A stretch of 64,000 nucleotides of DNA from Eledone cirrhosa (lineage: Eukaryota): the NCBI GenBank assembly GCA_964016885.1, contig OZ024740.1, positions 335,234,001-335,298,000 on the forward strand, in the 5' to 3' direction. The translations under genes were made by a program, and so were the position numbers. Under the pieces are notes generated by a model. The model did not search any database and had not been told where the DNA came from. It was given only the letters and a program-made list of their open reading frames with translations. Positions within the stretch are counted from its first letter, which is position 1, and each line of letters starts with the position of its first letter. Below, in pieces: positions 13,634-27,424 of this stretch.

Positions 13634-13705
13634 ATGTATATATATATATATATATATATATTAATATATTAATATATTAAATACTACCATATTACTTGGA
13701 CAGCA

Positions 13706-13754
13706 GCTTCCTGATGATTTCTTCCGAATGAAACAGTTTTACTCCTGTAGAAGC
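13706..13754 (+). ncRNA. Type I hammerhead ribozyme
   Basis: gcttc-CTGATGA-tttc ttcc gaat-GAAA-cag ttttactc ctg-TA-gaagc; embedded between (TA)n tracts. Confidence 0.88.
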
Positions 13755-13764
13755 CTTTCTATAT

Positions 13765-13798
<34 letters not shown>

Positions 13799-13832
13799 AT
13801 ATATATATATATATATTAAATATATATATATA

Positions 13833-13907
<75 letters not shown>

Positions 13908-13949
13908 AATAATGATGGCTGCGCGTTGCAAATGGTGATGCATATGAAA

Positions 13950-14020
13950 AAGTAAGTCCTTCATCAGTGACCCTCCAAATGCCTGGGATGGTTGGAGCGT
14001 CACTGATGAAGGACTTACTT
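13950..14020. repeat. Hairpin with a perfect 22-bp stem plus 6 bp
   Basis: aagtaagtccttcatcagtgac / gtcactgatgaaggacttactt, then ctccaa/ttggag, 13-nt loop. Confidence 0.9.
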
Positions 14021-14126
14021 ATATATATATTAAACAGAAAACAAAAAAAAAAACAACGTGGAAGCGAGGAGACAGTACACATGTTAATATTAGTTTCACG
14101 CTTATATATATATATATAGGTACACG

Positions 14127-14194
<68 letters not shown>

Positions 14195-14211
14195 AGGTAC
14201 ATATATATATA

Positions 14212-14678
14212 TATATAAATTATTCTGATTAATTTTTTAACCTATGTAAACCGTAGTGACTGACCCACATGGTAATTTCAGACCTTCGTCTAATGACACG
14301 CCCAACAATTTTAGCAAAGTTAGTATCTCTCACAACCTGCTTGCTTACAAGAACAGCTATATACATCGTATGGTTACTGGTAGCGGGACTGCTACCACCA
14401 CAGTAGCATATCAAAAACAAAATCATTACAACTTAACACTTGTCTGATGAAAACACGTTAAAGGGTTATTATACAATCACTTTGACGTTTTTGAAATATG
14501 TATATCAGGATGTTATAATAAAGAGTGTACATTCTCTCTTTATTATAAAATCCTGATGTACATATTTCAAAAACGTCAAAGTGATTATATAATAACACTT
14601 TAACGTGTTTTCATCAGACAAGTGTTAAGTTGTAATGATTTTAGATAGGATAAAAAAGTAATCAGAATAATTTATATA
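14212..14678. mobile_element. Fold-back element (A-B-C-C'-A') with two opposed long-stem-II hammerhead motifs
   Basis: 14419-14525 pairs with ~14535-14642; the ends are inverted repeats; HHR-like motifs at 14439-14510 (+) and 14551-14622 (-). Confidence 0.75.
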
Positions 14679-15170
14679 TATATATATATATATATATTTG
14701 TGTGTGTGTACCTATATATATATGGTGTGTGTATGCGTTTGTGTGTGTGTGTGTGTGTGTGCGCGTGTGCATGCTTGAATAATTAATAATTGTTTTCCGG
14801 AAAGGGAATCAGAGTTAAATTATTTACTATTATTGAAATGAACGAAAGAGTTCTAATGTTGTATAATTCATTTCTATATCAATATACGTATATATATATA
14901 TATATTGTAGCACATAATGAGAGTGAAAGAGAAAGATAGAACTGCAATTAACCTATATATATAAAGAGATAGACAAAGCTCACGGTATGAAATAAGATTA
15001 ATTAATTAATGTTAAAAGAGAGAGTGGTTCCGATAATGTAATATAGCGATACAATAATAGAGCTGAAAGATCTATCAAAGTAAAGCCGTTTTCCATTTTT
15101 AAGGGATTAATCTAGCTAACCATCAAACCAGCCACCTCTTTTTAATCTTACTGTGTTGCCTATTAAAGAT

Positions 15171-15355
15171 AATTGTTTCTACTTTTGACACAAGGCCAGC
15201 AATCACCCCTGTACATTACTGGTGCTTTTATTTGTATCGACCCCGTAAGGATGAAAGGCAAAGTTCACCTCGGCGGAGTAAAACTCAGAACGTAAAGGGC
15301 TTTAGCTCTATGCTGCAAAGCATTGTGTCTGACGCTTCACTGCCAATCACCGCCC
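15171..15355 (-). mobile_element. tRNA-type SINE, family A
   Basis: Same unit, somewhat diverged. Confidence 0.8.
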
Positions 15356-16350
15356 AATATTGATAAATGTTAGTCCAAGTACAAAGTCATTGCGGTTCAA
15401 ACATATACTATGTAATTTTTTATTCATAAAAATTTAAATTAAAGAGATTTAATTTCGACTAAAATTTCCATGACCCATTAACTTGCCTACTTACGCAAAT
15501 CAGAATTTTCCCTAGCAGGAAAATTTAATTTCTGTGAAATTCGTTATTTTATAATTAGCTCCCTTTTCTTTGAGAGGTGTTTGGATTACTTGTTGTTTCT
15601 TTTTTGTTTTGTTTTTTTTCTCCAAATTAAGACGAAAATGTCAATTGATTTAGAATATTTTGCATACGTCATTCATTGTATATGCACCTTCTACAAATAT
15701 CTAAATAAATACTATTGGCACACTAGAAATGTTTTCATTTAGAATGTATGTGCGTGTGTGTGTGTTAATGCGTGTGCACCAGAAAGTGGGTGTCTGCACG
15801 CACGTGAGTATGTGTGTATGAATGCAGCTTTATGTGACTTGAAACACCTTAATCCAGCCATTGTTCTGCAATTTCCACTGTAAATCCTCATTTCACCATT
15901 AATATTAACCCTGACTCCACATCTTCTATTTCTCTATCTCCGTCTCTCCCAACCCCTTCTCTCTCACTTTCGCTCTCATTCGCATATTTTCTTACTCTCA
16001 TTAGTCACACACAGCATTCGTCTAATTATCTCTTGACTTAATCTATTTCTTCAGTTCCTCGGGTCAATAATTAATGATATTCCCGTTGCTAAGTCTCACT
16101 CACTCACACTCACACATTCATCTACACGAACACACACAGCGTGTCACATAGATTTACACCCCCCCCCCCCCCACTCCACACACACAGCGCAATCACTCAC
16201 AATTCTTTCAATAAGTTTAATCATTCATTAATTTGTACCCTATTAAGTTGCGGTACGTTGTACTCGCAAATTTTTGCCTCTTCACTATAAAACGTAATCC
16301 TACACAATTACACACGCTTTCTTCCACTTACAAATACATTCAATAAACCC

Positions 16351-16503
<153 letters not shown>

Positions 16504-17284
16504 TCTCTCTCTCTCTCGCTCTCTCTCTCTCAATCTATCTATCTCTCTCTATCTCTCTCTCACCCAATCACTCTATCTATCTCTCTACCTTCCTACTTTC
16601 CCTTTTCGCGTCTACTGTCATTTTATCTTCATTAAACCCACCATTTTACTAAATTCATTAAAGTGCAACCTCTTATTCTCCTAACGACGAATACTTCATT
16701 AAATCGGACGCAGCTGTTTTATGAGCCACGAAATCTAAAAATCATTTGAAATTTATTTGATAAAATGAAAATGGTATCTTGAAATTCTGTTAGATTGTAT
16801 GTTGTTTACACTGCATATGTAAATGTAAATTGTATACATGCATAGTTATACATACATACGTAACATAGACATAGACATATACGTATATATGTGTGTGTGT
16901 TTGTAAATGTACTTATGTATACTTTAGGTATCTGATATTGCTAATAAAAACATACAAACATCAGTTGAGTTTCTCTTTGGTATTTATTAGTAATCAGATA
17001 ACTAATCCATCCATGTGCTGGATTAGTAATCTCATGTTTATTTATTGTTAACCCTCTCTCGTCACATATTATGTGACTTTTACAAAGACTATTTTTTCCT
17101 TTTCTTTTTGTCGTATTGTTTACGATTTTCTTCTAGTTACTATATAGCTCGCGTTTTTCTGATGACCAAATATTCGTTGAGAAGGTCATAGGATGCGTGA
17201 CAAAAAGCGTTGACAATTAAATAGCCATCCGGTTACTAAACCAAGCGTGGAATGGATTAAACACCTTCTTATATTAAGCGCTAA

Positions 17285-17470
17285 GTGGTGTGAGTGTTGG
17301 ACACTGAGAGATGAAAGGGATCATAGAAACCAGACATTCGAGAGCAACTGGCTCAGGAGGCTGCTGCACATCCCGGACGGAGCACAAAAAAAGCTTTGTC
17401 AGGCAGCAAGTTAACACATATGCAGGCAGACAGGAACCACTCCTTGCGTTGGGCAAAAGATGGAAGCTTT
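17285..17470 (+). pseudogene. RTE-type LINE C-terminal fragment
   Basis: GCECWTL..QTFESNWLRRLLHIP.TEHK.SFVRQQV..QEPLL resembles the RTE post-RT region. Confidence 0.6.
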
Positions 17471-17849
17471 TATGAAACTCATCTAGGCTAGGTCAGTAGT
17501 TTTCTTTTTTTTATTGGCAGAAATATCATTATATATAGAGAGAGAGGGAGGAGGGGAAAGTCTGAGGTGCTGATACCGGGGAGAACACTAATCATGGGAG
17601 TAATCAATGCATGGGGAGATGCGAAGTGGGTATAAAGATATATAAAATCCCGACCGTGGTACCAAGTGGTTTCAGCTTGTGTTTTCAGCAACCCTTTTGA
17701 GGCTAGATAGTTGTCATAAAATGGTGCATGTTTTAAATCGAAATATGTATGTGAATAATAGATTAGCTACATAGTGAGAGAGAAAAAGATAAAGAGGAGG
17801 GAGATAGATAGATAAACAGACAGACCGACAGACAAGCAGACAGACAGAT

Positions 17850-17922
<73 letters not shown>

Positions 17923-20469
17923 AGGGAGGGAAGGAAGGGAGGTAATTATAAATAGATTTTTAATACCGTTTGTCTTCATATTCCCGCTCAGTGACTTAAG
18001 TATAGATGATGGATTAGACTGTGCAGCTTGCTCTCATTTAACTGACGTTAGTGCAAACAAATAACTTGGACGTCACTGATGTCATAGTATTATATACGCG
18101 TGGGCGCATATACAGAGGACCATGATGACAGGGGGAGAGAGCAGGTTGAAACATATGTTTGCTTTAGCTGATTGTGGGGATTAGCTATTTGAAGATGTAG
18201 ATTTGCGCATGAAGAGAAATGCAGTAAGCACTTGTTCCCAGAGGCAAATCTCTTTATTTATTATGCAAAGCTATTACGCATTGTGCGTTATATATTACTC
18301 GTATATATGATATATTGAGCATCATGTATTATATATCATGTATACAGCTATGTTTTGAAGTCAAAATAAGAAGCAAAGTGAAAGTCTGAGAATTAAAAGC
18401 CTATAATATTCGCGCCTGCGTCATACTGCGTATTTTCAACACGTTCCCCATCATCGTTATCATCATCATTATCACATCATCATCTCATCAACATCATTAT
18501 CATCTTAACGGCAGCAATTTGGGACAAAGGGAAATTCAATTATGTTGATCCCAGTAGTTAACTAGTTCTTTATTGCGGTAGGATGAAAGGCAACGTTTAC
18601 CTCAGCAGAATTTTAATTCAAAATGGAGAAAGTCGTGACTAAATACAACACGTGAATATTAACGATAGAAGAAGAAGAAGAAGAAGAAGAAGAAGAAGAA
18701 GAAGAAGAAGAAGAAGAAGAAGAAGAAGAAGAAGAAGAAGAAGAAGAAATCCAATCAGCCTCGACAATTCCCCTGCTTTTACCCATATTTCCTGAAACAC
18801 ACTAGAGGGCAGCACTTCCCTCATTCTGCCCTCACCTTCATCTGAAAGTAGAAGTTATGAAAGCATGGTCGGATAGGACCATTCCTATCCTCTAACATTT
18901 TAAGTGAGTCCATTGTCATATGTACCAGGTAGAGGAACACATGCCACGTTTCCCTTCTAAAACAAATTGATTGTTCAATCCTCACTAAAGACATAGAGGG
19001 TAGATGGATCTTATCTAGACGAGATAACTATTTTTGACACAGGGCCTGAATTCTGGAAGACACGGCCACTTGGAAAAAACCATGCAGGATGGTCTTGTCG
19101 ACCTGAATACTTTTCGGATGGGTCCTGCTGCTGGCACTTTCCAGCCATAAAATGGTTGTTTCCTTATGTAGCACTGCCAAGACGTTTTATAAATTGTTCA
19201 TAATCCTCCACCTGAATATGCTCCAGAGAATCTGTTCAGACTATCCTCGTCATAACATAAGCCTGTTTCCAGGTGATCATTACATATGCCTTCCAGTAAT
19301 GTTTTATAAAATGTAAATGATTTTCTGGTCGTCTGTCATGTTTTTCAGCTAGCAACATTTCGTGAACGGTTGGCAGGACATTAGATGTCAGGTGCCTAGC
19401 CTTAGTTTGCTCTTGACCCAGTACTGTATCACAGTAAATGAGATGAGCCGGGGATATATCGCACGAAAATGCCCATACTAGTTGAACTTCACTTACATTG
19501 TCTTCGTCACTTTGGAACGAGGTAATTCCGCAGCGGTTTTAGTGGAAGTGCTGTGTGCGGATCATTAGAGGAGGAATGCCGGAGCCATTATGGAATGCAT
19601 GTTAGTAGATGAATCGTCAATACCATCATAAGAAAACATTGTATCTAAGACAATACTAGATCATGTAATTTTGAAAACTAATTTTTAAAAAGCTAAGATA
19701 GCCATAAGTGTAAAGCGTTTGGTCATTGGTTTGCTCAATTAGAGCTTACTCAACCTATAGCTAAACAAAAAATAAATTTTCGTCACGATAGTCTCTCCTA
19801 TTACCACAATAACAACCATAACAAAAATCACAAACACTATACCTACCAACACCATCACAATCACCGACACTAACATTATCGCCGATATCATAAGAACCCC
19901 GACTACAGAATGAAGGACAAACTTAATTCTAGCCAATCAGCAACACGATGAAGACCATAAGAAATGCTTCTAACAAAAACATAATTCGCAACAATAGTAA
20001 TTACAGTCGCCACTAAGCTCAGCGTTATACACCAACCACAATAACAATCACAGCTTTCACCATTACCACAAAGACACTAATCACTAGAAACTTTACTACC
20101 ACAACTATCGCATCCACTCAAATCACAGCCAACACCACTACCAGTGTTTTTGGTAGTTATATGAACTGATGCTAATGGTTCTACCCCACTACCATCATTA
20201 CACATCGACCACAAAACACAAACATATCAGAGTTATTACAATGTCTATCACATCTGTCACACCTCTAAAATAATCCTTTTGATCATAGTTCTGCTTAATC
20301 AGAGCTAACCTGGGGCTAAACAATAAATACGACATAAACCAATAGAAAAAAATAACGAACACGACAACCAAACAAGTACAAGACTAGGAACCATGCCACC
20401 ATTATTAATAGGAGTGGAACTGAAGTGGATTGTGATAAAGATTTTGTATGTGGGCAAATTGGCAATAAT

Positions 20470-20640
20470 AATTGTTTCTACATTTGGCACAAGGCCAGCA
20501 ATTATCCCAGTGTATTACTGGTATTTTATTTTATCGACCCCGTAAGGATGAAAGGCAAAGTCAACCTCGGCGGGATTTGAACTCAGATCGTAAAGGGACG
20601 TAACTATGCTGGAAAGCATGGCATCCGACCCTCTACCGAT
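20470..20640 (-). mobile_element. tRNA-type SINE, family A
   Basis: Same unit. Confidence 0.85.
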
Positions 20641-20768
20641 GTGATTCTCATAGCATTGCTGCACATCATATTACACTTAGCTGCCTACAGGCTGAGCAGG
20701 CTGATCATCATTATCGAGATCATCATCATTGATCGTATTTATCAGTGCGAATATCAGTAGCGACGTCC

Positions 20769-20821
<53 letters not shown>

Positions 20822-20822
<1 letters not shown>

Positions 20823-21512
20823 GTGGTTGAAGCACCATATTTACAAGGAGGAGGCTAGCCCACTGTGCAGGATCTGTGGAGAGAGAGAGGAGACTGTGGC
20901 TCACATTGTGTCCGAGTGTAAACACCTAGCCCAGACCCACTATAAGGGCTGGAGACACGATGTGATGGGCAGGGTGATCCACTGGCACCTGTGCAAAGTA
21001 AACAATTTACCACATTCTGAGAAATGGTATGAGCATAGGCCAGAGGCGGTGATGGAGAACAATCAGGTGAAGGTGCTGTGGGATTTTAGGATACAGACGG
21101 ACAAAAAACTGGAACACAATAGACCTGACCTGGTGGTTGTGGACAAAGAAAAAAGATCGTGTCTGATTGTGGATGTGGCCTGCCCTTTCGACACGAGAGT
21201 GCAAGAGAAGGAGAGGGAGAAAATTAACCGATACCAGGACCTAAAGTGGGAGGTGAAAAGGATTTGGAACTGCCATGAAGTCAAAGTGATCCCGATTGTC
21301 ATAGGCGCACTGGGGACTATCTCCAAAAGTTTCCAGGGATGGTTAAAGAAAATCGGCCCCTTCACGCTTTTTGGAACGCTTCAAAAGGCATGCTTGCTGG
21401 GAACAGCAAGAACCCTCCGATACGTCCTGAATATCTGAGGCTGCAGGTAGTGGCTTGATATTCATTCCAACGGACTTTCCAGTTAACCAACATCAATGAC
21501 TGAGATTCAAGG
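20822..21512 (+). mobile_element. R4/Dong-like LINE, 5'-truncated (CCHC + restriction-like endonuclease ORF 20827-21438)
   Basis: CRICGEREETVAHIVSEC, RHD, NRPDL..VDVACP, KINRY, GALG; flanked by (TAA)n on both sides. Confidence 0.88.
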
Positions 21513-21518
21513 AATAAC

Positions 21519-21572
<54 letters not shown>

Positions 21573-21574
<2 letters not shown>

Positions 21575-21891
21575 GAGAGTGCAAGAGGAGAGGGAGAAAA
21601 TTAACCGATACCAGGACTTAAAGTGGGAGGTAAAAAGGATTTGGAACTGCCATGAAGTCAAAGTGATCCCGATTGTCATAGGCGCACTGGGGACTATCTC
21701 CAAAAGTTTCCAGGGATGGTTAAAGAAAATCGGCCCCTTCACGCTTTTTGGAATGCTTCAAAAGGCATGCTTGCTGGGAACAGCAAGAACCCTCCGATAC
21801 GTCCTGAATATCTGAGGCTGCAGGTAGTGGCTTGATATTCATTCCAACGTACTTTCCAGTTAACTAACATCAATGACTGAGACTCAAGGAC
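21573..21891 (+). mobile_element. Second, shorter copy of the same R4/Dong-like LINE
   Basis: Near-identical to 21193-21512; (TAA)n on both sides. Confidence 0.9.
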
Positions 21892-21946
<55 letters not shown>

Positions 21947-21949
<3 letters not shown>

Positions 21950-22132
21950 TGTTTCTACTTTTGGCACAAGGCCAGCAATTAACCAGTGCATTACTGGTAC
22001 TTTATTTTATCGACCCCGTAAGGATGAAAGGCAAAGTTAACCTCGGCGGGATTTGAACTCATCATACAGGGAGGTAACTCTATTCTTCAAAGCATGGCGT
22101 GCGACCCTCTACCGATACTGCCAATCCACCGC
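21947..22132 (-). mobile_element. tRNA-type SINE, family A, inside (TAA)n
   Basis: Same unit, full head. Confidence 0.85.
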
Positions 22133-22133
22133 C

Positions 22134-22167
<34 letters not shown>

Positions 22168-22169
<2 letters not shown>

Positions 22170-23490
22170 CTTTCTTTATTAACCACAAGGGTTTACATAA
22201 AGTAGACATTAAGGACAGTACAGGACAATACAGGACGGTACAAATGGCCATTTCTGCGTGTAAAAAAATACAGAGGATGTAATAAAAAATAACAATGAAA
22301 AATTCCCCAATAGGAGGGAGACTTCCGATGGACATTTGTGGAGAAAGCCCATTAAAAGGTCACAGTGACCCTGATCACCACGGCAAGTGCCCTCTCCCAG
22401 TTTTCCACCTTTAATTTACAGACACATACTCAGAGTAGGGGCCATACTTGCTTCTCTCACCCATCTTTCAACAAAATGCTGGGAAGAGAGCACTTCCCTC
22501 TCTACCCTGATTTTCCTTTTCAAATGAAATTTGAAAAAGTTAATCAAGGCATCACCGAAGAGGTAAGTGCTCGTCTTCAGCCCTTTCAAACGTGTCCACC
22601 ATACTATCTCTTTCGCCATGGCCACCAGACAGATAAAAACTGCCTGCCCTTCCCGGCTAAAAGAAGAGGGCGGGGCAATCCTCATGATGGTCTCAGCTGA
22701 TAGCTGGATCCGTCCTACACGTGACTTTTCATCTTTGTTTGAGAGATCCATGTTGAAGCATGGCCTCTTTTTTGCTGCTGCCGCAGCGAAAGTGTTATTC
22801 TTGTTTTCGTTGGGTGTTTTGTTGTCGTTGTTCTTGTTGGTGTTGTTGTTAGCACTGTCGCTGTTATCATTGTTGTCTTTGTTACCACCGTTGTTCTCGG
22901 TGCAGTTGGTATTGTTGCTGTTGGTGCTGTGGCTATTTGTTTTCATGTTAGTGGTGTTGATATTGGTGTTGATATTGGTGTTGATACAGTAACAGCGACA
23001 ACGAAAATACAGATAACAAAAAAAAAAATAACAAATACAGATAACAAAAAAAAATAACAAATACAACAGTATTTGTTATTTTTGTTTTTGTTATCTGTAT
23101 TTTCGTTGTCGCTGTTACTGTCCAAAATTAGTGTTCTTATTGGTATCATTGGTGTTTTTGTTTACCTTGTGTGTGGTTGTGTTTGTTTATCAATGTGGGT
23201 TAATTTCGCTGTAGCGCTCCTCTCAACTTCTAGGTCGTTGTCGCACGACAGCCTACATATCGCTGGGGGGGGGGGGGGGCGGCTCAGCCATGTTTTTTCT
23301 TCTTCGTAAATTTTTTAACATGTAAAAAAAAGTTCAAATATTTGGGCCAAAAGGCCCAAATATTATACTTTCCCCTTCACTTCACGGGGCAAAGTCTAAG
23401 GGCTTATATCCCCTACACAACAAGAAATATTTAATATAAATTGTCCATAATCGACTTACTGCGAGCGAGCAAAATACGTCCGCTTAGACC

Positions 23491-23491
<1 letters not shown>
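22168..23491 (-). mobile_element. Internally deleted Tx1/L1-like LINE
   Basis: ORF 22416-23066 ends in ..LVAMAKEIVWWTRL..RKIRVERE..FVERW (Tx1-like ORF2 tail), preceded by an N/T-rich tract; aataaagaaa 3' end; (TAA)n on both sides. Confidence 0.6.
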
Positions 23492-23530
<39 letters not shown>

Positions 23531-24720
23531 TCTCCCTAGGAAAGAAGGAGGACGTGGGTTAATCCAGTTAGATATTGCGTTTGAAAACTGCAACAATTGG
23601 ATTATCTACATATCTAAGGGAATCACATGATTGGATGATCAAACTCGTTTTGAAACACGAAAGCATCAAAAGATCATACTCCATTACAAAAGATGCACAA
23701 AGATACAGTAATGGACTACACATTTCAGAAGTCCTGCTGAAATGGAAAATACAGAAAAAGCAAAGCAGGTAAAAGTAACTGCAAAGAAAGAACTGCTACA
23801 GAAACTGGCTAAGAAATGGCAAGAAAAGCCTCTGTATGGAAAATATCCAGAAAGAGCTAACAATCTTGATGTTGACAAAACTTTAACCATCAGTGGTTGG
23901 CATCCTCTGGACTGAAATCGGAGACTGATGGACTGATTATATCAGCACAAGATCAGTGTCTGCCAACAAAAAATTACTAAGCCAACATAATAAAAAATGG
24001 ATGCAACCCATTATGCCGTGTATGTAAAAAAACAACCAGAGACCATTGACCATATAATTTCAATGTGCAGTCCTATAGCTCCAACCGAATACCTAAACAG
24101 GCATGACAGAGCTGCACAATACATTGGATAATGTGTAAGCATTTTGACCTGCCCCATCAAAAGAATTGGTGGGAGCATCAACCACATCCCATACTTGAAA
24201 AAGAGCACATCTCAATCTTGTGGAACTTTAGCATCCAAACAGACCGAAAAATAGATGCAAATAGACCTGATATAATACTGAAGGACTTTTAAAAGAGGGT
24301 ATGCCTGCTAATTGATATGTCCGTTCCAATAGACAAGAATGTATCTATAAAAACATTTGAAAAATTGAGCAAGTATAAGGACCTGGAGATAGAAATTGAA
24401 AAAATGTGGAAATTGAGAACTAAAATAATACCAGTGGTTGTAGGCGCTCTGGGAATGATACCTAAGGGTCTAATGATCACTTATCGCAAATCCCAGGAAA
24501 CCCGCATATAGGAGAAATACAAAAGATAGTACTAATGGGAACTGCCCATATACTAAGGAAGATTCTGTCAATATAAGTACATCACATGTCTAAACACCTA
24601 AAGATGCATGTGTGTATGTATGTTCTTTTTTGAACATGGCGGACTTTGTTGTCTCTTGAGGTCACTGGTTGTGACTTGGTGATAACTCGTATGAACATAA
24701 ACCAAGATAAATGCAACTAT
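23531..24720 (+). pseudogene. Degenerate R4/Dong-like LINE (different family)
   Basis: LPRKEGGRGLIQL, WQEKPLYGKY, CRVC..ETIDHIISMC, RHDR, NRPDII, KLSKYKDL, GALG, with stops and frameshifts; (TAA)n flanks. Confidence 0.85.
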
Positions 24721-26639
24721 AATAATAATAATAATAATCAATATTATCGTCACCAGCGCCCTTACCGCAGTCATAATATCAATATCAATATCCACTCTCT
24801 CGCCAACAGCACCTCTTACACCACAATCCCCTCCTTAACTCTAAATCTATCGCCACGGCCATCCCACTTTCCACCATAACCAATTATGTAACCTCCAACA
24901 ATACTATTGCTGCCATCACCATTATCACTACTTTTGTTTGAAATGATGATGATGATGATGATAAACACGATGATGATGATGAAGAAGAAGAAGAAGAAGA
25001 AGAAGAAGAAGAAGAAGAAGAAGAAGAAGAAGAAGAAGAAGAAGAAGAAGAAGAAGAAGAAGAAGAAGAATATTATGATGATGATGAGTGTGGTGGTGGT
25101 GATGATGATGATGATGATGATGGTCGTTGTGGTGTTGATGGTGCCTTAGGTGTTGGTGGTGCCTTAGGTGTTGGTGGTGGCGGTGGTAGTGGTGGTGTGG
25201 TGGGGGATGTAATAGTGATATTGCTCTTTCGAGCAAAATTAATCTTTGCTGTAAAAAAAAAAACTAATAGCCTCTCAAGAAAAGGGGAAGATAATTTCAA
25301 GAAATTAAGAATTAATTTCACAAAATATATTTGGCTATTTAAAGAAAATGTGTACATATTTTTGCGTTATTAACTCGCATTAGCATACAATAGTCTACTC
25401 CAACCTACTTTGATAAATTGTTTATAGTTGTATATGTAGAAAATAATGATCTACTTAGTTAAGTGTTGTTTTGAGTAAGGCATCCATAACATTTATTATC
25501 AGGAGGTCCTGTATTCGACCTTACTACATTAAATCTTCAGCAAGTCACTTTACCATGGCTACAGGTGAACCCACAGGTGAACTTGGATATACGGAAATTG
25601 TGAAGAAGCCTGTCAAAGGGATTGTACTTGATATTCGATATGTATTGTCATATATTGTCTCACGCTGGTTCGGATTTAAGGGTACCAGCCACTGATTTAT
25701 TTATTCAATATACAAAATCTTTCAAAGTCATAAAAAGCCATTAATATTATATAAAAATAATTGAACAGAATCTTATAAAAGCAAAGCACACAATTAAAGG
25801 GAACAGAAAAGGAAGAAAAAAAGAAAATGAAAAGGAGAATAAGAAAAAAGAAAGAAGAAACAAGCAACAAAGGAAAAGGGCTGGAACTTCAATTTATTGA
25901 TCAACGAATTGCTCATTGTCGAACACGACGGAGATCCATGATTATTTTTTAATTATTTCTAACAAATTGATCAATCACATTCAGGTTTCCTTGAATTATG
26001 ATTGTGGTGACGTTAGTAAGGTGGTGCTGATGAGAAATTAAATCGATAGCAAGAAGTAAAAATAATTGAAAAACTAGTAAGAGAAAGAGAAAATACAATT
26101 CTTTGTTTACAAAAAATTAAGAAGAAGAACAAGAAGAAGAAGAAGAAGAAGAAGAAGAAGAAGAAGAAGAAGAAGAAGAAGAAGAAGAAGAAGAAGAAGA
26201 AGAAGAAGAAAACAACCACACCTCAAGATCACGATGATCATGATGATCATGCGGTGAAAGGGCGGAGGTAAGAATAGAAAGGAGTGTAGGCTGATTGGAA
26301 CTGTCGAAGACAGGGGCTGCATATTTTTCAACGTTGTTTTAGTCTACGCTAATGTTTCAGTAGCAAGAGGTTAATATAATCACTGACTTTACTGACCTCA
26401 TGTTGACCGCGATCTGACTTTTCCAGCCAGATCTATTATTAGATTCAACCAGACAATGGTAAACATTCTACACTTTATTACACTGCAAAACTAACTTTAG
26501 CCACCTCTCCGGTTTTTATTTCAATTCTTGTACGCCTGTCGCCGACACAATAGCTAATAAAGAAACCTCTGTGGAGTCACTCGATGTGCTAAGTATACTA
26601 GCCAAATCGCTTTCGAAAATTATAAATTTTTCATTTTCA

Positions 26640-26850
26640 TTTGGTAGTATCATTAGAGAATCGGACACCATGCTTTTCGACATAGAGTTACGACCCTTTA
26701 CTGTCTGAGTTCAAATCCCGCTGAGGTTAACTTTGCCTCTCATCCTTACGGGGTCGATAAAATAAAGTACCAGTAACGTACTGGAGTCTATTTTATCGAC
26801 ATTCCCATCCTCCCAAATTACTGGCCTTGTGCCTATACGAGAAATCTATT
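26640..26850 (+). mobile_element. tRNA-type SINE, family A variant
   Basis: Same central domain, longer 3' part. Confidence 0.75.
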
Positions 26851-27424
26851 TTCATTCCATGTCACATTGTGTTACATCGGGCCATTCTTGGTCGATTTCA
26901 AAAGCATATCAGTTTATTAGGTATCTAACTCCTCCCCCTGCATCATTTCTGAGATATAAACAAGCTGTGATTCGTCTTCTGCACCTATTTTTCCGGTGCA
27001 ATGAAACCGATTCCAACTCAAGGAGAGGAATAGGCAAAGTGGCAACAGGAATCGGTTTGTCATGACTGATATTTTATTTATCGACCCCGAAAGGATGGAA
27101 GGAAAATTTGATCTCATCTTGTTTGAACTCTGAGCAGAGAGGAGTAAGTCATTCTACCCAAAATCCCGACTCCTGCAATTCATCTTATCGTTTGAAAATA
27201 CATACGTTCAAAATGTGAGGCCTTTTATTAATACTAGAAACTTTCAGTAGCAATTTCGTTTCCTCAAAGACTTGGTCATTTACACTTTCTTGTATTAATT
27301 ATTTCACCAACGCAATGAAGTAAAATGGGATTGTCACTTTTATGAGGGGCTAGAGGAGAAAAGGAGGACAGAAAGACCGGTCATTATACTTCTGACCTCA
27401 ATCTCTCTCCCACACCCTCACATT

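Noticed and set aside
17159-17215. CTGANGA matches here and at ~26017, ~32207, ~32347, ~32488, ~54500 and ~57802
   Set aside because: No properly placed stem II, GAAA, NUH and stem I combination.
18760-19640. Higher-complexity segment, possibly an LTR-element remnant or exon
   Set aside because: No continuous frame or motif that I can identify with confidence.
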